Virus record (IMG/VR): IMGVR_UViG_3300032212_000024
Location: 1 to 47,169 of that record
Source: a virus
Taxonomy: Duplodnaviria > Caudoviricetes
Length of the DNA stretch: 47,169 nucleotides
Strand: one strand, 5' to 3'
Shown here piece by piece: positions 38,817-47,169 of this stretch. Made by a program: the position numbers and the translations under genes. Positions within the stretch are counted from its first letter, which is position 1; each line of letters starts with the position of its first letter. The notes below the pieces were generated by a model. The model did not search any database. It had not been told where the DNA came from and saw only the letters and a list, made by a program, of their open reading frames with translations.

Positions 38817-40487
38817 CTAACTTACTGGCCCAGCAATAGCAACTGTTCCATCAATTGGGATTGAAATAACAACCCCTCCATCTATGGCAGTTGATAAAAC
38901 AACTACACCACCAATTTCTCCAAACAAAGAACCTAAATTAACATTCTGTATTGATTGGAATTGATCTATGTCATCCACAATGAGAACACTGTGGGCTGTC
39001 AATGCCATAGAATCTATATTTTGAATTTGATTGATATCAGAAACAACTAGCAATCCGTGTGATGTGAGTAGTGTATTTTCTATGGACTGCGCTTGGCTAA
39101 TATCATTAACAACAAGTATGTTGCTTGTAGATAGTGTTACATTAGCAATTGTCTGTGTCTGATCTATGTCACTTACAGATAGTGAATTATGTTGAGTCAG
39201 GCTGACATTTTCAATATTCTGTAATTGGGTTATATCAGAAACAGCAATTGAATTGTGTTGTGTAAGGCTTGGTTGATCAATTACTTGCGCTTGTGAAATA
39301 TCATTCACACCTAATACTCCAGCAATAACTAGCACTAAATTGTCTATCATTTGAGATTGAAAAACTTCTTGAACCTCAAGTGAATTATGCTGGGTCAATA
39401 ATAAAGATTCAATGGCCTGAGATTGATCAATTGGAGATACAACAAGTGCATTGTGTTGGGTTAGTGATACACTACCAATTCCCTGATTTTGGCTTATATC
39501 ACTAACAGCAATAATACTATGCTGCGTAAGTGACAATTGGTCTAATATTTGGGATTGGAGTGTATCACTAATAATTAGTGAATTATGTTGAGTTAATGAT
39601 GGCGCATCTATAGTTTGTGCCTGATCACTACTATCCACAACTAATGAATTATGTTGAGTTAAATTAATTCCATCAATTGATTGAAGTTGTGATGTATCTT
39701 GAATTTCAATTTGTGTAGAAATTGACAAATCAATATTGTCTAATGATTGTGTTTGATCAACTCCATTTACAGATAGTGAATTATGCTGAGTCAACAAAAT
39801 ATTATCAATAGTTTGTGATTGAGTTATGTCTTGAACTATTAATGGAGTTGACCCACTTGAAGGCTCTTTAAAACACGCCTGCACCCCAAGCGCCGCACCT
39901 CCTGTATCTGTTGTTGACCAAGTTGGGTCAATTGCTGCTGTAGACGTGTAAGGTATTAAAGCGATTGACTGTAGTGGATCGTACGACGTGCCGCCAACCT
40001 TAGCATTACGTGTGCCCACATCAATGAATGGACCGTTAGATCTCCACTCCAATGAATTTGGATTCCCCAAAACACTAATCATAGCCCCCGCGGATGAATT
40101 CGGGGTTAAACTTCCAGGTGTATTTACTGTGCCGAAGGCGTATCTTGTGGCAACAGCACTATCTAATACATCGACAGTTGCATTGCCTGTATACTCCCAT
40201 ACAGTCAACTGAGGCTCCCCAGCATCTCCCCATGTAACCGTTATATCATCGCCAGAATCTCCAGTTGCAATCCTGTACCAAACAGTATTCGTGGCTCCTG
40301 CCCCTGCAGCCTCGCCTAGTAATGTCCAACCTGCTGAAACGCTGGGAGAGCCATTACTAGCCCTCTTCAACAGTGACGCAATGAGTAGATTATTAGCTGT
40401 GGCACCCAGTGATGTCAACGTACGAGATAAAGCCCCTGTTGAATTTATCCACGTTGTGCCGCGCTGGCCTACATAGCTGATTGCCAT
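38817..40487 (-). CDS. Fibre protein with a globular N-terminal domain and 14 x 22-aa repeats
   Basis: Repeat consensus (S)L.V.DI.Q.Q.ID...LTQHN at 38922-39845. Confidence 0.8.
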   Translation of the reverse strand: MAISYVGQRGTTWINSTGALSRTLTSLGATANNLLIASLLKRASNGSPSVSAGWTLLGEAAGAGATNTVWYRIATGDSGDDITVTWGDAGEPQLTVWEYTGNATVDVLDSAVATRYAFGTVNTPGSLTPNSSAGAMISVLGNPNSLEWRSNGPFIDVGTRNAKVGGTSYDPLQSIALIPYTSTAAIDPTWSTTDTGGAALGVQACFKEPSSGSTPLIVQDITQSQTIDNILLTQHNSLSVNGVDQTQSLDNIDLSISTQIEIQDTSQLQSIDGINLTQHNSLVVDSSDQAQTIDAPSLTQHNSLIISDTLQSQILDQLSLTQHSIIAVSDISQNQGIGSVSLTQHNALVVSPIDQSQAIESLLLTQHNSLEVQEVFQSQMIDNLVLVIAGVLGVNDISQAQVIDQPSLTQHNSIAVSDITQLQNIENVSLTQHNSLSVSDIDQTQTIANVTLSTSNILVVNDISQAQSIENTLLTSHGLLVVSDINQIQNIDSMALTAHSVLIVDDIDQFQSIQNVNLGSLFGEIGGVVVLSTAIDGGVVISIPIDGTVAIAGPVS

Positions 40488-40930
40488 TACGCTATCTCAG
40501 CAATTACCAGATTAAGCGCAGCACGTAAACCTGCTGTATCAATAGGTGTGTAAACTGTGGAAATAAGATCACTATCATCCCAATTATCTGGTAACTTAGT
40601 AGTCACTGTAGTAGAGATATTTACTTGCATCCATGCTAGCGTAGCATTAATAGCATCACGTAATTTCGCATACTCTGCTTGCGTATTATATAGTGGGTCT
40701 AACTCTTGCTCCTTAGCAAATTGATTGAATCCTGGGGCATTCTTTAAATCTCGTAGTTGCTTTTTTGCCCTCTTTAGTGTTCTTGATATACCACGTAAAT
40801 ATTCATATGTAGCATCAGAAGCAGCTAAATCAGCTGTAAATCCAACCAAATTTAATCTCAATTGAATTAAAGTTGTCTTATACAATGGATAGGCCTGAAC
40901 TGGAATAATATTAGTTGCTGGTATTGCCAT
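40487..40930 (-). CDS. Hypothetical protein of the fibre module
   Basis: GAGG RBS; TAATG overlap with the next gene. Confidence 0.7.
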   Translation of the reverse strand: MAIPATNIIPVQAYPLYKTTLIQLRLNLVGFTADLAASDATYEYLRGISRTLKRAKKQLRDLKNAPGFNQFAKEQELDPLYNTQAEYAKLRDAINATLAWMQVNISTTVTTKLPDNWDDSDLISTVYTPIDTAGLRAALNLVIAEIA

Positions 40931-40942
40931 TTAATTGCCCTC

Positions 40943-41395
40943 TTAAATAATCTCTTCAACAGTCATATAAACTTCACCCATAGCATACTTGGGCAACTTT
41001 TTGATACTTAGTTCATCAACCAATTTGTCATCAATCCAAAAGCCAGCTTCTGTGAGTGAATCAAATAATGCTTTAAGTCTATTATCAATATCCCACTCGC
41101 CACTTCTTGATGGGGCTATTTCCAATGAAACTTTTAATCTACAATCAATCCCATAATCAAGGCCATTTTTATTTATTAATTCTTTGACCTTTTCCTTGTA
41201 TTCCCTTCCAACTTTAGAGACTAGCCATCTACCTCTAAATACTCTGTAATAACGATTTAGGCTTGGAGGCAGTGGCAGCCTGAATTCTATAGATTGTGGA
41301 AAATTTCCTTCCAAGTAAGTATTCAAAATATCGTTGTCTATAGCATCAGAAAGGCGATTAACTTGAGACATCAACTCTGTATTGTCAACTCCCAC
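40943..41395 (-). CDS. rusA: RusA-family Holliday junction resolvase
   Basis: LPLPPSLN and DIDNRLKALFDSL....WIDD. Confidence 0.88.
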   Translation of the reverse strand: MGVDNTELMSQVNRLSDAIDNDILNTYLEGNFPQSIEFRLPLPPSLNRYYRVFRGRWLVSKVGREYKEKVKELINKNGLDYGIDCRLKVSLEIAPSRSGEWDIDNRLKALFDSLTEAGFWIDDKLVDELSIKKLPKYAMGEVYMTVEEII

Positions 41396-41796
41396 TACTG
41401 CTTCTCCAGTTCAAAAATTACTTTTTTAACAGCACCCTTTTCAACTTCTGATTCACCGCTTCTAATTGAAGTTAGTATTTGAGCAGCACTTAATTTATTT
41501 GCTTCCAACTTACCTTCTCTCATAATTCCACCAACACGATCAACTATAATTCCATCAACTTCAACATCCGTGAAGTCGTAGATTTTCTTTAGTCCATTTG
41601 TTTGATCTTCACTCAATTCGCCTTCCATAATATGGGCATTAAAAATCATTAATGCATCTTTAAAATCGCTAACTGCAGCAACCCTTTGGAAATCTCGCAT
41701 TGCTTCAACTAAGTCGTAGTCTTGTGCAACCAATCCCCTCATTTTATTTTTTTTCGCAATGTTCATTGCGAGTTGCGTTGGAAACATACTTGCCAT
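41395..41796 (-). CDS. Hypothetical protein, candidate terminase small subunit
   Basis: First gene of the late unit; helical body with a terminal beta strand (VKKVIFE). Confidence 0.4.
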   Translation of the reverse strand: MASMFPTQLAMNIAKKNKMRGLVAQDYDLVEAMRDFQRVAAVSDFKDALMIFNAHIMEGELSEDQTNGLKKIYDFTDVEVDGIIVDRVGGIMREGKLEANKLSAAQILTSIRSGESEVEKGAVKKVIFELEKQ

Positions 41797-41864
41797 TTGA
41801 AAGGCTGCCTTTAGGACGTTAATAAATATTATAGCTGTATAGCCCGGTTAGGGGGAGGTTTTTT

Positions 41865-42128
41865 AAAAATAAAAAAAATAAAAAAAATAAACCCGTTTTA
41901 TTTTTCTAAGTCTTTGTTTCTTCTATACCCCTTATATATACCCTTTAAAAAAATAAAAAAATAAATATAAGGAGGGGGAATACGAATGATTCCTATTTAG
42001 ATTTAGAGGGAGGGGCAAACCCGGGTACCCCCGAAATTTTTTATTTTTTTATTTTTCATGTTTTTTCCTTTAGAATCATATACTTATCGAAATAAAAAGT
42101 TTTATTTTTTTTTATTTTTTTATTTTTC
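41865..42128. repeat. Inverted arrays of A7-T repeats; candidate replication origin or packaging region
   Basis: Tandem AAATAAAA units on the left and TTTTATTT units on the right, around GGGTACCC; intergenic. Confidence 0.6.
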
Positions 42129-42154
42129 AGCTGAAAATCAACTGAAAAGCGACA

Positions 42155-42367
42155 TCAACCAATTAGTTTTTTGCACAACTCCAAAGCCTGATCTTTTGTA
42201 AAACCTTCTTTAATATGAGCATCATAACTAGCCTTTCTCATCTTAGCAAAAATTTTTACATGCTCAACAACTGCTGGGAAGTTTCTTTTTAGGTTTTCAA
42301 TAGCAGCTAAATCTTCATTTTTGCCACTAATATTTAACAATTTAATTTTGTCATTATCTTTATTCAT
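42155..42367 (-). CDS. Hypothetical protein
   Basis: GGAG RBS; YDAHIKEGFTKDQALEL motif. Confidence 0.7.
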   Translation of the reverse strand: MNKDNDKIKLLNISGKNEDLAAIENLKRNFPAVVEHVKIFAKMRKASYDAHIKEGFTKDQALELCKKLIG

Positions 42368-42368
42368 T

Positions 42369-42782
42369 TTATTCTCCATTGCAATCAACCAATTTTATAA
42401 CATCATGAACTCTAAATTTTCTATTACCACACCAATCATAAAGTACACCATCTTTAAAGCAACTGACATGCCCAGTAGAAAAAATTAAAAATGTACCTTT
42501 GTTTGGCAACTCTCTTTGAATCGTCAATAAAGTTTTTGATTCAAAATCAATATCAACATCAACAAAACCTAACTCATGAATTACACAATCAATGGCATAT
42601 CTATTTGATCCATTTCTGTGCTTCCTTCCATACTTTTCAAAAACATAATTAACCAAACTATATTCAATACCAGTGGCTGATGATATTGCTATTAATGCGC
42701 AGGTTAATTCATCATCATAGTCATCCACGGACTTCTGATATAATTCTTTATATAAATTGGGGACATTAATTTTCATCACCAA
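42369..42782 (-). CDS. Hypothetical protein with a possible Cys-His-Asp (papain-like) triad
   Basis: CALIAIS...GHVSC..DG.LYD. Confidence 0.55.
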   Translation of the reverse strand: MVMKINVPNLYKELYQKSVDDYDDELTCALIAISSATGIEYSLVNYVFEKYGRKHRNGSNRYAIDCVIHELGFVDVDIDFESKTLLTIQRELPNKGTFLIFSTGHVSCFKDGVLYDWCGNRKFRVHDVIKLVDCNGE

Positions 42783-42790
42783 TTTTCCCT

Positions 42791-43090
42791 TTAAGCTTTT
42801 GAATAGCCCATCTCAGTATCATTCATTTCCATGGACTTCATTATATGTTCAGTCAGGTGTTCTGCTAATAATTTTGCCATATGCTTTCTGTTAATTGTCT
42901 GCTGTCTTATAAAACGAGAATTACTACAAAACACTCTTTCAATTCCATTAGCATCATGACTTGGGACAACAATTGGCTCATAACACTCTTTAGCAATATC
43001 AGAAATTACAACCTCAGCAACATAAGTTCTGTAATTGCCAAGGAATCCAAGATCAACTTCAACTCTCAATGTAGGCTTTCCTGTGCTCAT
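42791..43090 (-). CDS. Hypothetical protein
   Basis: AACTGGAG RBS. Confidence 0.7.
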   Translation of the reverse strand: MSTGKPTLRVEVDLGFLGNYRTYVAEVVISDIAKECYEPIVVPSHDANGIERVFCSNSRFIRQQTINRKHMAKLLAEHLTEHIMKSMEMNDTEMGYSKA

Positions 43091-43103
43091 TTCTATTCTC
43101 CAG

Positions 43104-45428
43104 TTATCTCATTATGTAACATGCTTTTTTAGAGCGTCCAGCCTCAATCACTTTCTTTTCAAGGCCATTTGTATTCACCCAATTATTTATGGCCCTGTTT
43201 ATTTTTTCAGGGTCACTATACTTAGGATTCTTTTTAAAGAACTTATGCATCTTTACCCGTGTATGGAAGTCTGTGGCAACTATTCCGCCCATATCATGCC
43301 AAGCTTTAAAAGCTGTTCCAACTTTCTTTACAAGCCTAGACCATACTTCATCAATTGCTTCAGTTTCAGCAGATGCTTGAGAAGTAGAAAGAACATTTTC
43401 ATACAAATACCTTCTCATTTTAAGCTGGTATTCCATCATTGGCAATACATACTTTTCATATTCTGATCCATCTATTTCAAGAACAATATCACCAATCTTT
43501 TTTGAAACAATATCACTTACATCTTCTCCATTATATAGCCTCCAAAGAAATGCGTATGCTGCTATACAAGTAACCTGTTTTTCTGCTGAACCTATTATTC
43601 GTTTGAGAAATTTATATTCATCCCTTGATATTCCATCTTCTGAGTTTACTAAGGGTAATAAAACCTCTTTTTCAAATCTACCAATTATTCCATCTGGTTT
43701 AGAAGTCTTTACTTTAATCTGCGCACCACGGTTAACATAAACATAACTAAATACATGGCGCAAAAAATTAAGATATTCTTCATCAACACGCACATCCTTT
43801 GAACTAAGATCAACAGACGCAACTTCAGGGCGGTCTATATTATCAGCATAATAATCAATACGATTGCCCAATCCAATATCAATCATACGTTGTGTTAAGT
43901 TTCTTTCCAACGCTTCTGTTTGCTGCAACCTTAGACATGTATAATTTGGATTGTGTATATCATCAAACTTATCTTTTCCAACTAATTTACCGCTGATGTT
44001 TTGTCCATCCCATGCATTAATTTCTATGCGCATAACACCTTCTGTATGAGGGTTGTCGGCGTTTGCTACCATATCCCAGTGCCCGCTCGCTTCTGTATTA
44101 AGGATAAGCCCGCCGTTTTTATTCCCTTCTAAGCCTAGCGCCTTAAGAAAGGTTGTGTCAGCTGTTACACTTTGGTAAATTGGATCAATTAACGCAACGC
44201 CATGTTTTAAACTCTCACCAATCTCACCAGAAGCATCTATTTTCAAAGCAGTTAAAATTGATTTTATTGGCTCGCTTGTATTGCTATCTTTGCCGACGCC
44301 AGATGCGCTGATAATCTGCATGTTTAAATTTGGACCCCTATTACGAACAGTGCGAAAAACACTGCCCAATAAAACAGTATGGAGAGCAAAGCAGCTAGGA
44401 ACAAAAATCTCTTCGATAACCTGATATATGGCATTTTCATAACTCCTGAATATCATAGGCCAAGGCTCTGGCCAGCCTCTAACAAAAGATGTGTCAAAAT
44501 GTGGCGCTGACCCATTCTTTTTCCTTTGTTTAACTTCAAGAAATTCACCTATGCGACCTTCAGATGCAATTTTATCAAACGCTGATGAAATAGATTGTGA
44601 ATGATGATCATTATCCTTTTCAGGAAACATGCGAACTAAAATTGAAAGTATATCTTGTGATGGAATTCCATAATTTGCCAACTTCATTGCAGCTTTAGAG
44701 CTAGGCCCGTGACGATGACCATCATCATAATCTTGGACCAACTCAGACATTGTTTTTGTAAGCGTATTGCTTTCTTTTACTACTTCACTATCTGTCTTTT
44801 TTGTGCTTGTTTGACTAGGTGGAAATGCTTCAACTATTTCACTCCAGTCATATGGCTCTTGTTTGAATATTTTGTAAGTTACTAGGTGAGGAGAATCTGG
44901 ATTTTTCATGTGATAGAAGCCTGGAAGCCTCATCACCCTAACCAAATCCTTGGCATTATTATCACAGCCATAATCATTAACCAGAGTTTGCATAACTCCA
45001 TGCCAATGTTCTTTTGTTCTGTCCATTGCTTTTAAGGAAGTTATCCAATAATAATGAAACTTCCCTGGGCTTGAATTGACTATTACATTTGGCTGGAGTG
45101 GCCAATCACCTCTTGGTTCATCACGCTTCTCATCATCCTCAACCCACACAGCACGGATACCAACTAGCATTTCTTCTGTGCGTTTTCTTTTAGGATCAAG
45201 TTTTTGATCTAAATTATTAACAGCAAAGAAACAACCCCAATAATCCTTATTGTGCTTATCTAGCCAAGGTCCAACTTCACCAATTTCACCTGTCTTGTGC
45301 CAAATTTTTCCATACTTGTCTGTTAAATCTTTATTCTTTTTACCACTCCCATCATCCTTAGCTTGAAAAATAAATTTTTTAGAGTTGAATAGTGATAGGA
45401 ATTCAACAGTTGACTTTCCTTCAAACAT
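43104..45428 (-). CDS. RepB-like (AEP) primase fused to a P-loop helicase-like domain
   Basis: FFAVN, AVWVEDD, SSPGKFHYYW and DLVRVMRLPG; C-terminal ASGVGKD. Confidence 0.85.
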   Translation of the reverse strand: MFEGKSTVEFLSLFNSKKFIFQAKDDGSGKKNKDLTDKYGKIWHKTGEIGEVGPWLDKHNKDYWGCFFAVNNLDQKLDPKRKRTEEMLVGIRAVWVEDDEKRDEPRGDWPLQPNVIVNSSPGKFHYYWITSLKAMDRTKEHWHGVMQTLVNDYGCDNNAKDLVRVMRLPGFYHMKNPDSPHLVTYKIFKQEPYDWSEIVEAFPPSQTSTKKTDSEVVKESNTLTKTMSELVQDYDDGHRHGPSSKAAMKLANYGIPSQDILSILVRMFPEKDNDHHSQSISSAFDKIASEGRIGEFLEVKQRKKNGSAPHFDTSFVRGWPEPWPMIFRSYENAIYQVIEEIFVPSCFALHTVLLGSVFRTVRNRGPNLNMQIISASGVGKDSNTSEPIKSILTALKIDASGEIGESLKHGVALIDPIYQSVTADTTFLKALGLEGNKNGGLILNTEASGHWDMVANADNPHTEGVMRIEINAWDGQNISGKLVGKDKFDDIHNPNYTCLRLQQTEALERNLTQRMIDIGLGNRIDYYADNIDRPEVASVDLSSKDVRVDEEYLNFLRHVFSYVYVNRGAQIKVKTSKPDGIIGRFEKEVLLPLVNSEDGISRDEYKFLKRIIGSAEKQVTCIAAYAFLWRLYNGEDVSDIVSKKIGDIVLEIDGSEYEKYVLPMMEYQLKMRRYLYENVLSTSQASAETEAIDEVWSRLVKKVGTAFKAWHDMGGIVATDFHTRVKMHKFFKKNPKYSDPEKINRAINNWVNTNGLEKKVIEAGRSKKACYIMR

Positions 45429-45441
45429 ATTTGTTCCAATT

Positions 45442-45615
45442 TTAGTGTATTGTGGCAGGTTTAAAATCTGATGATATTAATTGAACTATTACTTGGTCTG
45501 GAACTAAAAGATCAACTTCAAAAAATACAGTTTCTCTATTACTAAAGAAGTCAATTATAATACCATGGAGCCCTTTAAATTCTGGGCAGGTTAATACAAC
45601 TTTATCCCCAATATC
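45442..45615 (-). CDS. Small SH3/KOW-like hypothetical protein
   Basis: AAACTGGAG RBS; IGDKV...GLHGII pattern; start position approximate. Confidence 0.55.
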   Translation of the reverse strand, partial: DIGDKVVLTCPEFKGLHGIIIDFFSNRETVFFEVDLLVPDQVIVQLISSDFKPATIH

Positions 45616-45723
45616 CATTTTCAATCTCCAGTTTAAAATAGATTATTTTGACTTTTTATTATTCGCCCTAATATAATAGAGTTTTAAGCCTTTGAGGGGA
45701 ATAGATGGGATATTTTTAGGGTA

Positions 45724-45752
45724 TTTACTTGATAAAACTATAGGAGGATAAT
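45724..45752 (+). promoter_or_regulatory. Sigma70-like promoter upstream of the cassette array
   Basis: TTTACT-N17-GATAAT. Confidence 0.65.
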
Positions 45753-45760
45753 ATATTTCA

Positions 45761-45870
45761 TGGCTTGGTGACAGCTGGTTATTAAAAAGTGGCGATCACC
45801 ACTAGGGTTTAAAGAAGGCTTGAGACACCTTCTTATAGGGCGCCCTGAAGTATTAATAATCACCAAGCCA
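45761..45870 (+). ncRNA. Putative multi-branched structured RNA
   Basis: 11-bp closing stem TGGCTTGGTGA/TCACCAAGCCA; inner hairpins AGTGG/CCACT and AAGAAGG/CCTTCTT. Confidence 0.5.
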
Positions 45871-45942
45871 CCTAATTAAAACTTGAGATAAAGAGCTTTG
45901 CTAGTTGCACTTACGCTTAACTGAATGATACAGAGAAACAAA

Positions 45943-46648
45943 ATGACAAATGCTATTGCACTTGATGAAGGCTCGGAAGAATTTAAGAAAATTAAAGCCG
46001 ATTGGGAGAAGAAGGCGAGAGAGGTGACTATCGACACCTTGCCTGGGTTTCTAAAGGAGCTTTCAGAACAATACAGTCATGACTATGGAACGATTTGCCA
46101 CGCTGTTGCTACCGCCGCTATTGCTGCTGCCTGGGCTATGGATAAATCAGAGCAAGGTGGAATTACCGGCTTTCAAGCTGGTGCAATTATGTGGGAATTT
46201 GTAAGAAGCTGGAATCACTCAAGCAATAAGACCGGGTTAAAGCTTGTTGATTATGACAACCTGCTATTTCCTCAATACGGCGATAAGTTTGAAAAAACCA
46301 TCTCACCATATGTGTGGGAGAACTTGCAAAAAGAAGCAGCTAAAAACATCGAGGAGGCCGATGCCAAGCACGCTAAGTATATTGATGATATGGAGCAGTA
46401 TAAAAAAGACATTGCAGCATTCGTAGAGAAGTATCCCGATTATTACGAGAACCGCGAACACTACGATCCTCTAGGCATAGGAACAGGTGATCAATGGGGA
46501 GGCTGAAGAGAAGAAAAAAGCCAGCGGGTTCGAGTTTGCACCGCAAGAGCCGTATTGCCAGGTTAATAGCGAAAGCAATGTTTATCAGCACTGGAAATCG
46601 ATTATGGACGGCATGGTGCCATTTGGCCACGTAATCAAGGATGACTAA
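45943..46648 (+). pseudogene. Hypothetical gene split by one extra G (GGGG at 46496-46499)
   Basis: Removing one G extends the frame as ...DQWEAEEKKKASGFEF...GHVIKDD* to TAA 46646-46648. Confidence 0.65.
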
Positions 46649-46679
46649 CCCACGGGCCGCACAGCTGCTTGGTTGTGCG

Positions 46680-46750
46680 GCCTAACGCAGAATTCAGCCG
46701 ACCGCTTGCGCAAAGCGGAGCGGCGCGGAAGTGGGTCGGATGCAATGGAG
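46680..46750 (+). mobile_element. Truncated attC-like site (R' box lost)
   Basis: GCCTAAC followed by arms TTCAGCCGACC / GGTCGGATGCAA. Confidence 0.55.
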
Positions 46751-46777
46751 CAGGATAATAGAGAGCGCCCCATTGCT

Positions 46778-46906
46778 GTATAACACTTAGGCTGAGATGA
46801 ATGCGGCGAGATCATGACTAACATGGAGAAATTAAGATGATGAACGAAACCACAAAACCTAAAGCAAACACTGAGGTAGCAGGTCATTTCAAGCTTTTTG
46901 TTATGC
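46778..46906 (+). mobile_element. attC-like site containing an RBS and start codon
   Basis: GTATAAC ... GTTATGC; arms TAACACTTAGGCTGAGATGA / TCATTTCAAGCTTTTTGTTA. Confidence 0.7.
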
Positions 46907-47169
46907 GTGACAAACTTTGGGTATTTCTTAGGCGCAATCATCCAGAGAGTGAAATTCTAACTAAGAGATTGATGTTTATTCGCGCAATCCTCTATCCGCT
47001 AGATACTTTTTATTGGCGATATGGAGAGAGAAATGGATACAGCCCCCCAATATGATGAGTGGCGCATCCACGGTGTTCGCTACACAGGCAAGGCATTGCA
47101 GGACTTGGCAAGCTCACAAGGTGAAATATACAAGATTTCTAGAGTTGGTGAGCACATAACCTTAGAGCG
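46837..47169 (+). pseudogene. Cassette gene frameshifted at a C6 run; continues across the junction to TAA at 138-140
   Basis: With five C the frame reads ...GYSPQYDEWRIHGVRY...ITLERIDA*, stopping inside GCATAAC. Confidence 0.65.
47043..47169. repeat. Terminal direct repeat, copy of 1-127
   Basis: Exact identity with 1-127. Confidence 0.95.

Noticed and set aside
38922-39845. DGR or CRISPR-like DNA repeat
   Set aside because: The repeats are degenerate in DNA and conserved in protein, and no reverse transcriptase is encoded.
1-47169. tRNA genes, integrase or lysogeny module
   Set aside because: None recognised by eye; tRNAscan-SE and HMM searches would be needed to exclude them formally.

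Overview
This window is a complete, circularly permuted ~47.04-kb genome of a tailed, siphovirus-like dsDNA phage. Bases 1-127 are repeated at 47043-47169, a typical assembly overlap. It is probably lytic (no integrase seen) and probably infects a gammaproteobacterium, judging from the dUTPase. The + strand carries early and replication genes: dUTPase, Sak4-like ATPase, SSB, Cas4-like nuclease, SF2 helicase, a FAD-oxidoreductase/ThyX/HAD/DUF3310/methyltransferase nucleotide cluster, DnaQ, DnaE and ligase. The - strand carries primase-helicase, RusA, an accessory fibre module, terminase, head, tail and lysis genes. Four signals go beyond ordinary phage annotation. (1) Two arrays of integron-like gene cassettes (46.6 kb across the junction to 0.7 kb, and 2.65-3.85 kb) are delimited by attC-like hairpins, with complementary R'/R'' core sites flanking individual genes and no integrase. 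(2) Recurrent 55-107 bp islands lack TG/CA dinucleotides, possibly a footprint of context-specific DNA modification. (3) Two promoter-proximal structured RNAs occur, one displaying an anti-Shine-Dalgarno loop. (4) A 14 x 22-aa repeat protein lies in a stand-alone fibre module. All assignments come from motif recognition by eye; no searches were run.
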